64,000 nucleotides of DNA from Macrostomum hystrix. Its lineage: Eukaryota > Animalia > Platyhelminthes. This document shows, piece by piece, positions 50,565 to 62,700 of this stretch. Below the pieces are notes generated by a model that worked only from the letters and a program-made list of their open reading frames with translations, was not told the origin of the DNA and made no database searches. The position numbers and the translations under genes were made by a program. The stretch covers positions 4,774,001 through 4,838,000 of the forward strand of contig CATNEN010000033.1 of assembly GCA_950097015.1 (NCBI GenBank), in the 5' to 3' direction. The first letter of the stretch is position 1; every line of letters starts with the position of its first letter.

Positions 50565-51146
50565 CGTGTAATAGGCCTCTAAAATATTTTTTTACAATTT
50601 AAATTTACGCAAATAACAATTTGTTATAATCCAAGGAATATTTTCCTAGTATTTGTGAACTAGTTCCTAGCAAACAAGTTAGATAAAAAATCAAGGCTTA
50701 AAATTAAACAAGTTAGATTTCAAGCCTTGATTAGGCTAACAGAGAAAAAAATGTTGGAGATAGCCCAGTGCATATTTATATTTACCTTAGTGCAACTCGT
50801 AAACTGTTTAAAAAAAGAGAGCAAGCGCTTACGCAAAAAATCATAAGAAATAAAACAAAGTACGAAACTAAGAGAAACAATGACAAGCAAAATAACTTTA
50901 ACGCTCTTGTTTTCTGTAGATAAAGAAAGTTTTTTACACAAAAAGACTTAAAATAGCAAAATAGCTTTTTCGTTGACTTGTTTAGATCACTAGATCTGAT
51001 AAATGCAACTTAATAAGAGCAATTAGTTAACTCGGTAAATGACTCGCTTTTGATTGGTCCGCGGCATATCATAGGAAGAGGATGCCAGCTGAGTCACTAA
51101 GCCGTGAGCTTAGAAAGCTTGGCAGACTGTAACGTTCAATGTGCAT

Positions 51147-51626
51147 TTAGAAACAGTTAAATGGCGTCTCATTTAAGTGACGGCGAGCGTGCGCCACGAG
51201 ATTGGACTTTCGACTGAAGCACCGTGTACAGACCTCGCATCTGAAAGGCTTCTCGCCAGAGTGAACACGAAAGTGAGCCGTGAGGTTGGACTTTCGGCTG
51301 AAGCCCTGGCCGCATTCGTCACAAATGAAGGCTTTCTCGCCTGAATGAATGCGAAAGTGAGCCGTGAGGTTGGACTTTCGGCTGAAGCCCTGGCCGCATT
51401 CGTCACAAATGAAGGCTTTCTCGCCATTGCCATGTATGTTAAGCTTCAATATTTGGCTGTAGCACTGAACATAATCCTCTGTTTTGAGTGGTTCCTCATT
51501 CTCACCACAACAAGCAGGAAAATGCAATGCGAGCTCAGACTTTTTATTGAAACCTTGACTGCATGTTTCACACTTATAGGGTTGGTCAACCAATTCAATA
51601 CAGGTAAGGGCAGTATGACTGGACAT
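51147..51626 (-). CDS. C2H2 zinc-finger protein (3 intact fingers, 1-2 decayed); possibly a terminal exon
   Basis: CDECGQGFSRKSNLTAHFRIH twice, CEVC..HARRH, and SGEKP linkers. An AG acceptor lies 3 nt before the ATG. Confidence 0.85.
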   Translation of the reverse strand: MSSHTALTCIELVDQPYKCETCSQGFNKKSELALHFPACCGENEEPLKTEDYVQCYSQILKLNIHGNGEKAFICDECGQGFSRKSNLTAHFRIHSGEKAFICDECGQGFSRKSNLTAHFRVHSGEKPFRCEVCTRCFSRKSNLVAHARRHLNETPFNCF

Positions 51627-53975
51627 TGTCTGGAATTATCAGTAGAGGTTTATTGGTTGAGTACTATAGTCAGATAGAGTACTCAAATTGAAGCACAACA
51701 ACATACTTTTCACTCCATTACTTCACTAGCTTCACCTAATGAATCATATTTACTCTCCAATATAACACAAATGTAAAGATTTTCTAGAAAGGATAGTTGC
51801 TAAGTAATAATACAATTTCTTTCTTTCTGTGAAAGAAACTATACATGTATGAGTATATACAAGACATGAGCATTCTCACTCTGTATTACAATTGGCACCT
51901 TAAACTTGAAGCATAAAATATTATAAATTAGGGTATATATCTAGTAATTAGAATATAGTTTATTATAACCAGCATTGATTCACTGAAAAAATATTTTGAA
52001 CTAAGTAAAATTTTAAGAAATGGCTGAAAGACATAAAAGCAAAAATGTAAAAATTCAACAAATTTTATACTACAAGAAAAGTTATCAATATGAACTATAT
52101 AATAGCAAGATCTAGATACAAGAGAAAATGTTGTTTATTAAATTTCTTAGACTAGCCATTAAAAAGCAATATCATGTGTCAAATATATACAGATTTTAAC
52201 TTGTATAGCAAACATTTTATTATAGAGATATTAAAAGCTATACATATATAAACCATGCTTACAAAAATACAATATGAAATATATAACTATATGAAAATAA
52301 ATGAAATGAATGAAATATGAAAACTATAGCAGAGACAACCCGGGTTAATTAGATAGAGCAAGATAACTAGCAAAGGAAGAGATGAAAAACCAGCAGCTGT
52401 AAATAAACCTTGACATTGCTGTCCTAATTTATGTGGTTTAAGTTTTGCACCGCTTACATAAGAAGCAAAAGACATTGCAAAGAGCACGTGTTAATAAAGT
52501 GAGCTAAGCGATGTCCTGCAAATTCAAATCCGAACAGAAGTTTTGAAAATTTTAAACTCACGCTAGCTTGCAAATTCGACACTGCTATAAACAAATCAAG
52601 ATCATACGAGTTATGGTCATAAACTCTATTTCTGATGTTGAGAACTTTAAATGACGTTTTTATTCAACGCTTGTTTCTTTTTTAATCGAGTTTTTGCTTA
52701 TTAGAGCCCGTTTTTACGAAGAAACCGGCTCTTTATATTCATGGAGCGTGTTCCACGATGAGGGAATTTTAAATCGTCAGTGATGCCACAACCATCAAAC
52801 TGCACCACTTTTTTAAGTAACCGATTTAGCATGTGTTGAAGGCTTAAAAGAATACGTTATATTCTGAGTTGCTCATAAAGTGCTCATAATGTGTTAGAAA
52901 ATGTGCTCATAATGTGCATTTCCTTATAATTAAACAATTCTTCGACTGTTTGTACAGCACCTAAACTGCAATTAACCGAAATCCGAGTGAAAATTGCGTG
53001 TCAAATATACAGATGAATGCTTGATAAGATCACGATCGAGAAAGATGTGACGCTGCAGAAAAGATTATTAAGCAGATCAGATCGGAGATGAGCTAGATGC
53101 GGGACAGATGAGACACGGGAGAGGCGTTGCGAGGACTCGGCCTTGTTGGCGGGATTTACCGAGTCCTGCTCTGGATACTTGAAGCAGACGTTGTCCGCTG
53201 CTCTGCCAGTATTGACTCGGAGAGCCCATACATCGTGGTAGACGCAATAATGGGTTAAAAATGATTGTAAAAATGTGCATGCATTCATTTGCGCCTAGGT
53301 ACTTTTGCGGAAACGCCTGAGGACAGAAAATTCGCTAAAAAATAAGCGAAACAATCAGCTAATCAGCTATAAGACAGCGAAACCCCCTATGGGTGGCAGC
53401 TCAGCATTTGCTGCTCAGACACACCTGCAGGCCTCACTGGCTGTTGCGTCGAGTCCAATTTATACGAGTTTAGCATTCCTATCTCAGTGTCTGCTGTGCC
53501 TGTTTTGGCTATCTTTTTTATAGCGTTAAAATTTTGTTTAAAACTGCTTGTTGAGAATGGAGAATTGGCCTCAGCTCTGATAAGACTTGTAGAAAATGGT
53601 TCGGAAAGGATTGGCGTATCTCCTCGCATATAGCAGTTGCAGAATTTCTGCAAGAAGATGACGTCTAAAAGAATGGGCGAGGCACCAGCATTCTTTGCCG
53701 CTTTAATTGTTTTGATTAGCTTATCTGTAGTGACCATGGGGCTTTGGCTCTTTCATTTTTTGTCTGTCTCTGACAGGTGGTTACTATTAGCAACACAGAG
53801 AATCGATAAGGCGGCCAGAATGTGGTCGGCGTCTTTGCCTATCAAAATATTCTTTGGCATGCGCATAAAAACCCCCTTAGCCAGTTGAAGCAGTCTTCTG
53901 AGTCCCAGCTCTCCTCTGCTCACTCTGTGCTCAACTCTGGTCGAATACTTTCTCACTGAGTAGCATAGCAACAGC

Positions 53976-56900
53976 ATGGCAACAAGCCGCAACGCGCTCC
54001 TGGCGGCTGCGGTCTCGGTCGTCGTCCTGCTGGTCGTCAGCGGGCCGCAGTCGGCAGTCGCCGGCTCTGTGACCTGCAAGCCTAGCCCGCTGGAGATTGT
54101 GTTCGCTATCGACGTCTCCTCATCACTGACCCGGTCCGACTTCGCCAACCTAAAGAAATTTCTGCAGGCCATGGCCGAGCACCTGCCGATCGGCGAGGCC
54201 CAGACCCGGCCTGCTGTCATCAGCTTCTCTACCAATGTCAAGGTGAGGCCCCCAAAAAGCAGAAACCAAGCTTTTCTAGGCCTTTCTAGCTATTCTAGGT
54301 GACATTGCACCCGTCAGTACGATGATTGTTCTGTTTTCATAAGAGACTGTTATCGAAATAATCATCGCTGTGGTCATCAGAAGCGATCATTTATTTAAGT
54401 CATAGAGCAGTCAAAAAGACGGTCATTCCATTGATCAAAGAAACAGTCATCGACGTGGTCATAGAAACTGTCATCGATGTCGTCATAGAGGTAGTTATCG
54501 ATATGGTCATAGAGACAGTTATCGATATGGTCATAGAAACAGTCATCGATGTCGTCATTGAGGCTGTCATCAATGTGGTCATTGAGGCTGTCATCAATGT
54601 GGTCATTGAGGCTGTGATCAATGTGGTCATTGAGGCTGTCATCAATGTGGTCATTGAGGCTGTCATCAATGTGGTCATTGAGGCTGTCATCAATGTGGTC
54701 ATTGAGGCTGTCATCAATGTGGTCATTGAGGCTGTCATCAATGCCGTCAAAAAGGCTCATAGATTTTGTCGAATGCTCAGATGCAGCAGTCACATCTGGG
54801 ATCACAGACGCTCACACACGCCAACCCGCATCTGATGCCCAGGTTGAGGTGGACCTCGGCGACGCAAACGACCTGCAGAGCTTCAAGAACGGCATCGACG
54901 CCATCCCCTACTACCGCGGCTTCACCGCCACCGGCGCCGCAATGCAGACCGCCCGGCGCACCGTCTTCACCAAGGCCAGACCGGGCGCCTCCAAGCTGCT
55001 GGTGGTGGTGACAGACGGCAGGGCCAACTACCCCGGCAGCCGGGCTGAGGCCATCGCGCTGGTCCGCTCCGAGTCCGAGGAGCTGCGCAACGCTGGCACC
55101 AGGATTCACGCCATCGGCATCGGCGAAATCTGGCTGAAGTGAGACCGAGCTCGAGTGGGATGGGATCGGATTGGGTGGGATGGGATCGGATTGGGTGGGA
55201 TGGGATCGGATTGGGTGGGATGGGATGGGATTGGGTGGGATGGGATCTGATGGGGTGGGTTGGGATTGGGTATGTGCTGGTGGATGGGATTTGGTATGTG
55301 CTGGTGGATGGGATTGGTTATGGGCTGGTGGATGGGATTGGGTATGGGCTGGTGGATGGGATCAGAATTAAAATTAAGAATATAACAAGCAAGCGAGAGA
55401 AATGAATTTAAATTTTTCACAGCAGTCACTGATTCGCAATCGCATTGTCTGCATCCAGTTAACCTTTTCTCCCAACACCCACCAGGGACGAACTGGTCGC
55501 AATCGCCGGCTCGGACGACTACTCGATGATCCACGATTTCGGCGGACTGAAGGCCCTTGTCAACAGCCTGGTGAAGGACATCTGCAGCGTACGCTGCGAT
55601 GACCTCGGCGAGGAGAGCTTCCCGGGCCAGTGTTTCAGCGGTACCCAGCGGGTGGTCAATGTTAAGAAGACTCACAACAAGGCACTGAGCCGCTGCGAGA
55701 AGGACATCACCTACGAGTACAAGTACTGCGGTGAGCTGCAGTTTGCCTTCTAGCTTCTCTCACAGAAATAGGGTTTCCCTTGACAAAAAAGGGTTTCTTT
55801 TGATAATAAAGGGTTTCCTACCCTTGACAACAGAGGACTTCCATTGGCAACAAACGGTTTCCCTTGACAACAAACGGTTTCCCTTGACAACAAACGGTTT
55901 CCCTTGACAACAGAGGATTTCCTTTGTCAAAAAGGGTTCCATCGTCAGCAAAGGGTTTCCCTTGGCAACAAAGGGTTTCCCTTGGCAACAAAGGGTTTCC
56001 CTTGGCAACAAAGGGTTTCCCTTGGCAACAAAGGGTTTCCCTTGGCAACAAAGGGTTTCCCTTGAAAACAAAGGGTTTCCTTTGTTAACAATTGGCTCAG
56101 ACCTAAAGCCCTAGCTTGAGATCAAGATTTTCTAGCATGTCTGTTGTTAGTTTATGTTCGTTATGCTTGTGACGGAGATCAGCAAGTTCCTTATACGTTT
56201 TGCCAGGTAATTCCCACCTCTGCAAGGATGTTGATGTGACCATTGAGGACTGCGTGAACGGAGTCCGCAACGTTGTCACCACCTGGGAAGACTTCGATAT
56301 TAAAGCGCAGAAGTGCGTCCTTCGGCGCTCCGTCCAGCAGATGGACTGCAGTGAGTGAAATTACGAACGCTTAAGGGCACCTCTTTTAAATGCCTACCCC
56401 AAAACTATTTTTATCAGCTTTTGTCCTTAGCCTGATTCGGCTCCGACCTTTCGATCTCCCCTGCAAACACAAACGTCACTCCCTCAAACACCAACCTCAC
56501 ACCCTCAAACACCAACCTCACTCCCAAAAACACCAACCTCACTCCCTCAAACACCAACCTCACTCCCTAAAACACCAACCTCACTCCCTCAAACACCGAC
56601 CTCACTCCCTCAAACACCAACCTCACTCCCTCAAACACCGACCTCACTCCCTCAAACACCAACCTCACTCTCTCAAACACCAACCTCACTCCCTAAAAAA
56701 CCTAACTTACTCCCACAAGCATCCACCGCACATCCACATCCACTCACCTCACTCCCTTATCTTTCCGTTTCCAAGACGCTATTGAGGAGTGCAAGGAGCC
56801 CGTGGCCGAGATCATGTTCCTGCTGGACAGCTCGGGCTCCATGAGCGATCAGGATTGGCGAATGCAAATCAACTTCGTCCACAAGATGGTCAGCAACATG

Positions 56901-58819
56901 AAGGTGGCACCGGGCGCCATTCACGTCGGCGTCATCGTCTTCGGCACCGATGCTTGGAACGACGTACCACTAGGCTCCATCGGTTCGAAGCCGCAGCTGC
57001 TGCAGCGGGTGCTCGCTCTGCAGCGGCGCATCAACCAGTGGACCAACACCGGCGATGCCATCAGCCTGGCGCGAAGGGAGTTCACCAGGCTATCTCGGCC
57101 CGGCGTATCCCGCATGGCCGTCCTGATGACCGACGGAGAGAGCAACCGCGGCGCCAACGCCATCCAGGAGGCCGCCAAGCTGGAGAGCGAGGGCACAACC
57201 ATTGTTGTCATTGGCGTTGGCAAGGATCTCAAGAAGTGAGCCCCGAATCTCAGCACCCCGAATCTCAGCATCCCGAATCTCAGCATCCTAAATCTCAGCA
57301 TCCCAAATCTCAGCATCCCGAATCTCAGCATCCCGAATCTCAGCACCCCGAATCTCAGCATCCCGAATCTCAGCATCCTAAATCTCAGCATCCCAAATCT
57401 CAGCACCCCGAATCTCAGCATCCCAAATCTCAGCATCCCGAATCTCAGCATCCCGAATCTCAGCATCCCGAATCTCAGCATCCTGAATAATGCAAAACTA
57501 TCCCCAAAACATTTTCCAATCTCCAGGCAGGAGCTGCAGGCCATCGCAACGCCGCCGCTCGCTGACCACCTGTTCTACGCCACCGACTTCAACAAGCTGA
57601 TGGACTGGGCCGCCAAGATCTCCGAGGAGACTTGCGAGAGCATCACCCCGCCAGATCCCAGCCTGTGCGACCTGCCGCCAAAGCGGGTGGTCTCCGCCTG
57701 CTACAACAGCCTGCAGAAGGTCACGGAGATCAAGTACGAATTCGACGCCCAGGGCCGCTGCAACAAGAAGATGCTGTCGCACACCATCAACCCCTGCAGT
57801 GAGTCACTTTTTAGGGCCAGAAATCGCACGAAAAAGGCTTTCAAACCCTAAATGCTGTCAACATTCATTCGTCCCAACAACAGAGGTGATTTGCACCGAC
57901 CCCATCAACGGCAACCAGTACTACGAAGGCGAGAACTGGAAGTCAGAGTGCGCCACCTTTGTTTGCCGGCGGCCAACCTCCCAGACTGAAGTGTTCAAGC
58001 CCACCGCACAGGGTGAGTTTTGCTTTCAACTCTACTCAAAGTGGAGTGCTGAGTACCTTTTAGTCAGAAGTGTGAAGCTCTGATTGCCAGACTATAAGCT
58101 CCCCCCGGCTGTGTGAGGTTTAGGTGAAGATCAGGAGTGAAGTGGGGTGAATTTCGGAGTGGGGTGGATGAAGATCGGAGTGGGGTGGGTGAAGATCGGA
58201 GTGGGGTGGGTGAAGATCGGAGTGGGGTGGGTGAAGATCGGAGTGGGTGGGTGAAGATCGGAGTGGGTGGGTGAAGATCGGAGTAGGGTGGGTGAAGATC
58301 GGAGTAGGGTGGGTGAAGATCGGAGTAGGGTGGGTGAAGATCGGAGTGGGGTCGGTGAAGATCGGAGTGGGGTGGGTAAAGGCTGGCCATCTGAGTGGTG
58401 TGGGGTGAAGATCGGATTGGGTGCGGTGAAGACCGGGTTGCGGTGGGTAATAATCGAAGATTATCGGAGGTTTAGGTGAAGATCAGGAGTGAGTGAAGTG
58501 GGGTTTAGATCGGAGTGGGGTGGGTGAAGATGGGAGTGGTGTTGGGTGAATATTAGAGGGTTGCGGTGACGATCGGAGTGGGCTGGGCTAAAGATTGAAA
58601 TTTCTCACCTCTCTACTATCAGTAGCTTGAAAGTGCATTCTCCCGAATCTCTCCGCAGAGTGCCCTGGAATTGAGAGCCGCTGCTACAGCACAACAACCA
58701 GCGACAACTTCAAGTGCCACGATGACCGTGGCGGCCTGTTCGGCCACTGCAACTGCCGGGCCGCCAACGGCAGCCCGCTGCTCCGGGTGATCACAGCCGA
58801 CGCGAACGCCAAGCCGTGA
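53976..58819 (+). CDS. Secreted protein with two vWA domains, three 4-Cys modules and a VWC-like C-terminus, 657 aa; exons 53976-54242, 54843-55138, 55486-55730, 56207-56350, 56776-57235, 57527-57798, 57884-58012, 58659-58819
   Basis: Signal peptide; MIDAS motifs DVSSS..T..TDG and DSSGS..T..TDG; GNQYYEGENWKSEC. All 7 introns are GT-AG and in phase. Confidence 0.88.
54430..58570. repeat. Intronic minisatellites of the vWA gene: 24-bp (54430-54750), (GGATG/GGGAT)-type (55150-55370), 20-bp (55770-56080), 21-bp (56480-56700), 15-bp (57243-57487), 20-bp (58130-58570)
   Basis: Direct inspection; each array is confined to one intron. Confidence 0.9.
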
Positions 58820-59226
58820 GAGCTGCCAGCGCGGCTGTTGCAGTTCTGAAGTCGCTTGTTTGTTTTAAACGGATTTTTTAATTTGCTATGCTATTAAAAA
58901 CAAAAAATAATCTGGCACGATACAAGTATTAGACCGCAGATTACAATCAATAGGCAATACCTGTCAGATGCATGCTATGATATATTGCTAAACAAATGTA
59001 TTCGATAAATATTAACGAAATAAAACTTATAACAAGAGTTCCGCTTGCACATGGCTCCGAGGAGCTCAAAGTCCGATAAAATTAGCTCCCATTCAACATG
59101 CTGGCTGCTTGTTCTGATCGTTAATTTTTTGGGGACCTAATCACTAACCACTTTCCCTCCATAGGGTTGTTAGCAGGTCTGTAACTCTATGCCTTGGTCA
59201 CGAATTATATTCATTTTTTTTCGCTA

Positions 59227-59755
59227 GTCACCCCGTCACATTATTGTCACTCCGTCACATTATTGTCACTCCGTCACATTATTGTCACTCCGTCACATTA
59301 TTGTCACTCCGTCACATTATTGTCACTCCGTCACATTATTGTCACTCCGTCACATTATTGTCACTCCGTCACATTATTGTCACTCCGTCACATTATTGTC
59401 ACTCCGTCACATTATTGTCACTCCGTCACATTATTGTCACTCCGTCACATTATTGTCACTCCGTCACATTATTGTCACTCCGTCACATTATTTTCACTCC
59501 GTCACATTATTGTCACTCCGTCACATTATTGTCACTCCGTCACATTATTGTCACTCCGTCACATTATTGTCACTCCGTCACATTATTGTCACTCCGTCAC
59601 ATTATTGTCACTCCGTCACATTATTGTCACTCCGTCACATTATTGTCACTCTGTCACATTATTGTCACTCCGTCACATTATTGTCACTCCGTCACATTAT
59701 TGTCACTCCGTCACATTATTATCACCCCGTCACATTATTGTCATCCCGTCACATT
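59227..59755. repeat. 19-bp minisatellite (tcactccgtcacattattg)
   Basis: Direct inspection; explains the 19-aa-periodic ORFs in all three frames. Confidence 0.97.
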
Positions 59756-62700
59756 TGTAAGCCGCCGAAAACGAGATTGTAGCGTAGACCAAATTCTCGC
59801 CACTTTAAGGCGTCAACTCACTCGCTTATATTTTGACGATTAATGTACATCATTGTACAGCATGCAAACGTACATAGCGCGTGCAAACATGTTGCCAACA
59901 ATCTTACAATGCTCTCCTTCTTCGAAAAAAAAGTGTTCCACTCACTTTTACAATATTCGAGTTTCTAATTTAATAAAAAAAAGAACGAGTTATTTTGTAA
60001 AAAAAATATTTATATTACGAGCGTATTGTTGCAACAGTAACTCAATGGAATAATAAAATAGGAAGATAAAATGAAAAAATATTGATCTGATATAAAAAAA
60101 ACTGATCTGACAGCAGCGTTTGCAAAAATATCTAACATTATTTTCAATGGGTATAAACTTCACCGAAAAACTCTGGAGGAGCACGGGTCCTTTCACTGCG
60201 ACGTAATTCGACAACGATAGGGGCGCCGGCTGGGGCGCCGGCTGGGGCGTCGACTGGAGCGCCGACTGGGGCGCCGACTGGGGCGCCAGCTGGGGCGCCG
60301 ACCGGGGCGCCGACTGGAGCGCCGACCGGGGCGCCGACTGGAGCGCCGACTGGGGCGCCGACTGGAGCGCCGACTGGGGCGCCGACTGGAGCGCCGGCTG
60401 GAGCGCCGACTGGGGCGCCGACTGGAGCGTCGACTGGGGCGCCGACTGGGGCGCCGACTGGGGCGCCGACTGGGGCGCCGACTGGACTGGCCGCCTTGCA
60501 GGACTTCAGGCGATTGAAGTGCACGACCCGCTTCTTCCGCGCGTTGGTCTCGAGCTGAATGCGGTAGATAACATCCGAAATTTTCTTTTTAATACGCCAT
60601 GGCCCGGTCCACCAGCGGTGAAATTTGCGGCACTCACCTTGCTTGAGTGCTGGATTGTGTAGCCATACCAGATCGCCCTCGCTGAAAGCTTCGCCGTGGC
60701 ACCGCTTGTCGTACTCCACCTTCTGGTGCAGCTGCGCTGTCTCCAGGCTTTGCCTCGCCCTCTCGTGCGACGTCTGCATGCGGGTCCGCAATTCGGCCAC
60801 CCACTCGCACGGGCGGCGGTCGTCAGGCGCCAGACCTCCGTAGGCCAAGTCCAGCGGCAGCCGTAGTTCCCGGCCGAGATGCATCGCCGAGGGTGTCTGA
60901 CCAGTTGACTTGTGTACTGAAGTGCGGTAGCCCATGAGTGCAATCTGCAGATGAAGGTCCCAGTCTCGCTGGTTCTCGTTCACCCAGGCTCGCAGCAGCT
61001 GCACCAGCGTCCGGTTCATCCGTTCGCAGCCGCCGTCTCCTTCAGGGTGATAGCCTGTCGTCCGCGTTTTGTCGATCTGCAACATCCGCATCGTCTCTTT
61101 AAACAACTGCGACTCCCAGTTCCGGCCCTGGTCCGTGTGCACTGACTGCGGAACTCCGAAGCGAGCCACCCACTCGTTGACAAATGTGCGGGCTGTAGTC
61201 TCAGCGTCTTGGGATGGCAGTGGGAAGGCCTCGGTCCATTTGCTGAAGGTGTCGATGACGACCAGGATAACTGAATTTCCTCGCTCAGTTCTCGGCAAGC
61301 CCACCATGAAGTCCATTTCAAGTCGCTGACCAACGCTGCCGATTGCCATGCTCTGCAGAGGCGCCCGCCTGTGCTGACCGGAGTCCTTCAGTCTTGCGCA
61401 TTCACTGCACGTGGCGCACCAGTCAGAGACGTCTGCTGTCATTCCAGGCCAGTAGAGTCGCGCCCTGATCTTTTCGATGGTCTTCTGCGTACCGCAGTGG
61501 CTGCCGCTCGTTCCAGCATGAGCTTCGGCGAAAACATCGTGCTGCAGACTTTCCGGCACCACCAGCTGCTGACAAATGGCGCTGCCATCATCTGACTCCC
61601 ACCGGCGGCACAGCAGACCGTCTACCAGCGTCAGCCGCTGGAACTCGGACAGAAGCTGCCGCTGCCGATTGCTCCAGCTATCTGTCTCCGCCTTTGCTGG
61701 TTGTCCGCCAGTTCGCAAATAGTTCGCCAGCTGCTGCATGCACCGATCCGCTGCCTGGGCTCGCCGAATTGCGCTGTCATCTTTGAACTCGACAGAGAGG
61801 GCAGAGCCGCTGCACAGGCAGGGATCTTTTCGACACGGTCGCCGACTCAGTGCGTCTGCATTGCCATGTTTTTCGCCCTTGCGGTACTCAGTCTGGTAGT
61901 CGAACTCGCTGAGTTTGTCCAGCCACCGGGCCAGCTGACCATCAGGATCTCGGAAACGCAGCAGATGAATCAGCGATGCGTGGTCAGTGCGCAGGGTGAA
62001 TTTCTTTCCCAGCAAATAGCTGCGATAGTGACCGACGAAGTGCACAATTGCCAGCAACTCTCGTCTCGTTGTGCAGTAATTTCGTTCTGCCTTGGACAGG
62101 ATTCGACTGCCGTACGCCACCACCTGTGTCCTGTCACCACGGCGCTCCTGTAGAACTCCTGAGATAGCCACGCCGGAGGCATCGGTGTCCAGCACAAACT
62201 CGGCGTCTTCTGCGAATGTCGGCATGATAAGGACCGGGCTGGATGTCAGGCACTGCTTCAGTTGATTGAATGCCGCTGAGCACTCCGGAGACCAGTTGAA
62301 AGCCACATCCTTCTGCGTTAGTTCGTACAATGGCGCAGCAATCTCGCTGTAGTTTTTGACGAACTGACGATAGTAGCCGCACAGTCCCAGAAACTGCCGC
62401 ACTTCTGAACGGTCCTCAGGCATTGGCCACTCCTGTACTGCCTTTGCCTTGTCCGGATCAGTTGTCACACCGTCCTTGGAGATTCGAAAGCCAAGAAAAG
62501 AGATTTCTTGATAGCACAAGTGGCACTTTGTCGGCTTTAACTTCAGATTTGCGGTTCTAAATTTCTGCAGCACAAGCTGAAGTCTCCGAAGATGCTCCTC
62601 GAATCCTTTCGAAATATTACTACGTCATCGAGAAATGATAGACACACTTCCCACCGAAGACCCTTCAGCACAAGTTCCATCAGTCTCGAGAATGTGGCAG

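Noticed and set aside
53387-53900. Long near-open frames on both strands upstream of the vWA gene
   Set aside because: Each frame has an internal stop and no identifiable motif; the coding strand cannot be decided.
54395-59843. Repetitive ORFs (DDSLNDHI, GWGGMG, KHQPHSL, ESQHP, SLRHIIVTP)
   Set aside because: Intronic or intergenic minisatellite read-through, not exons of the spliced vWA model.
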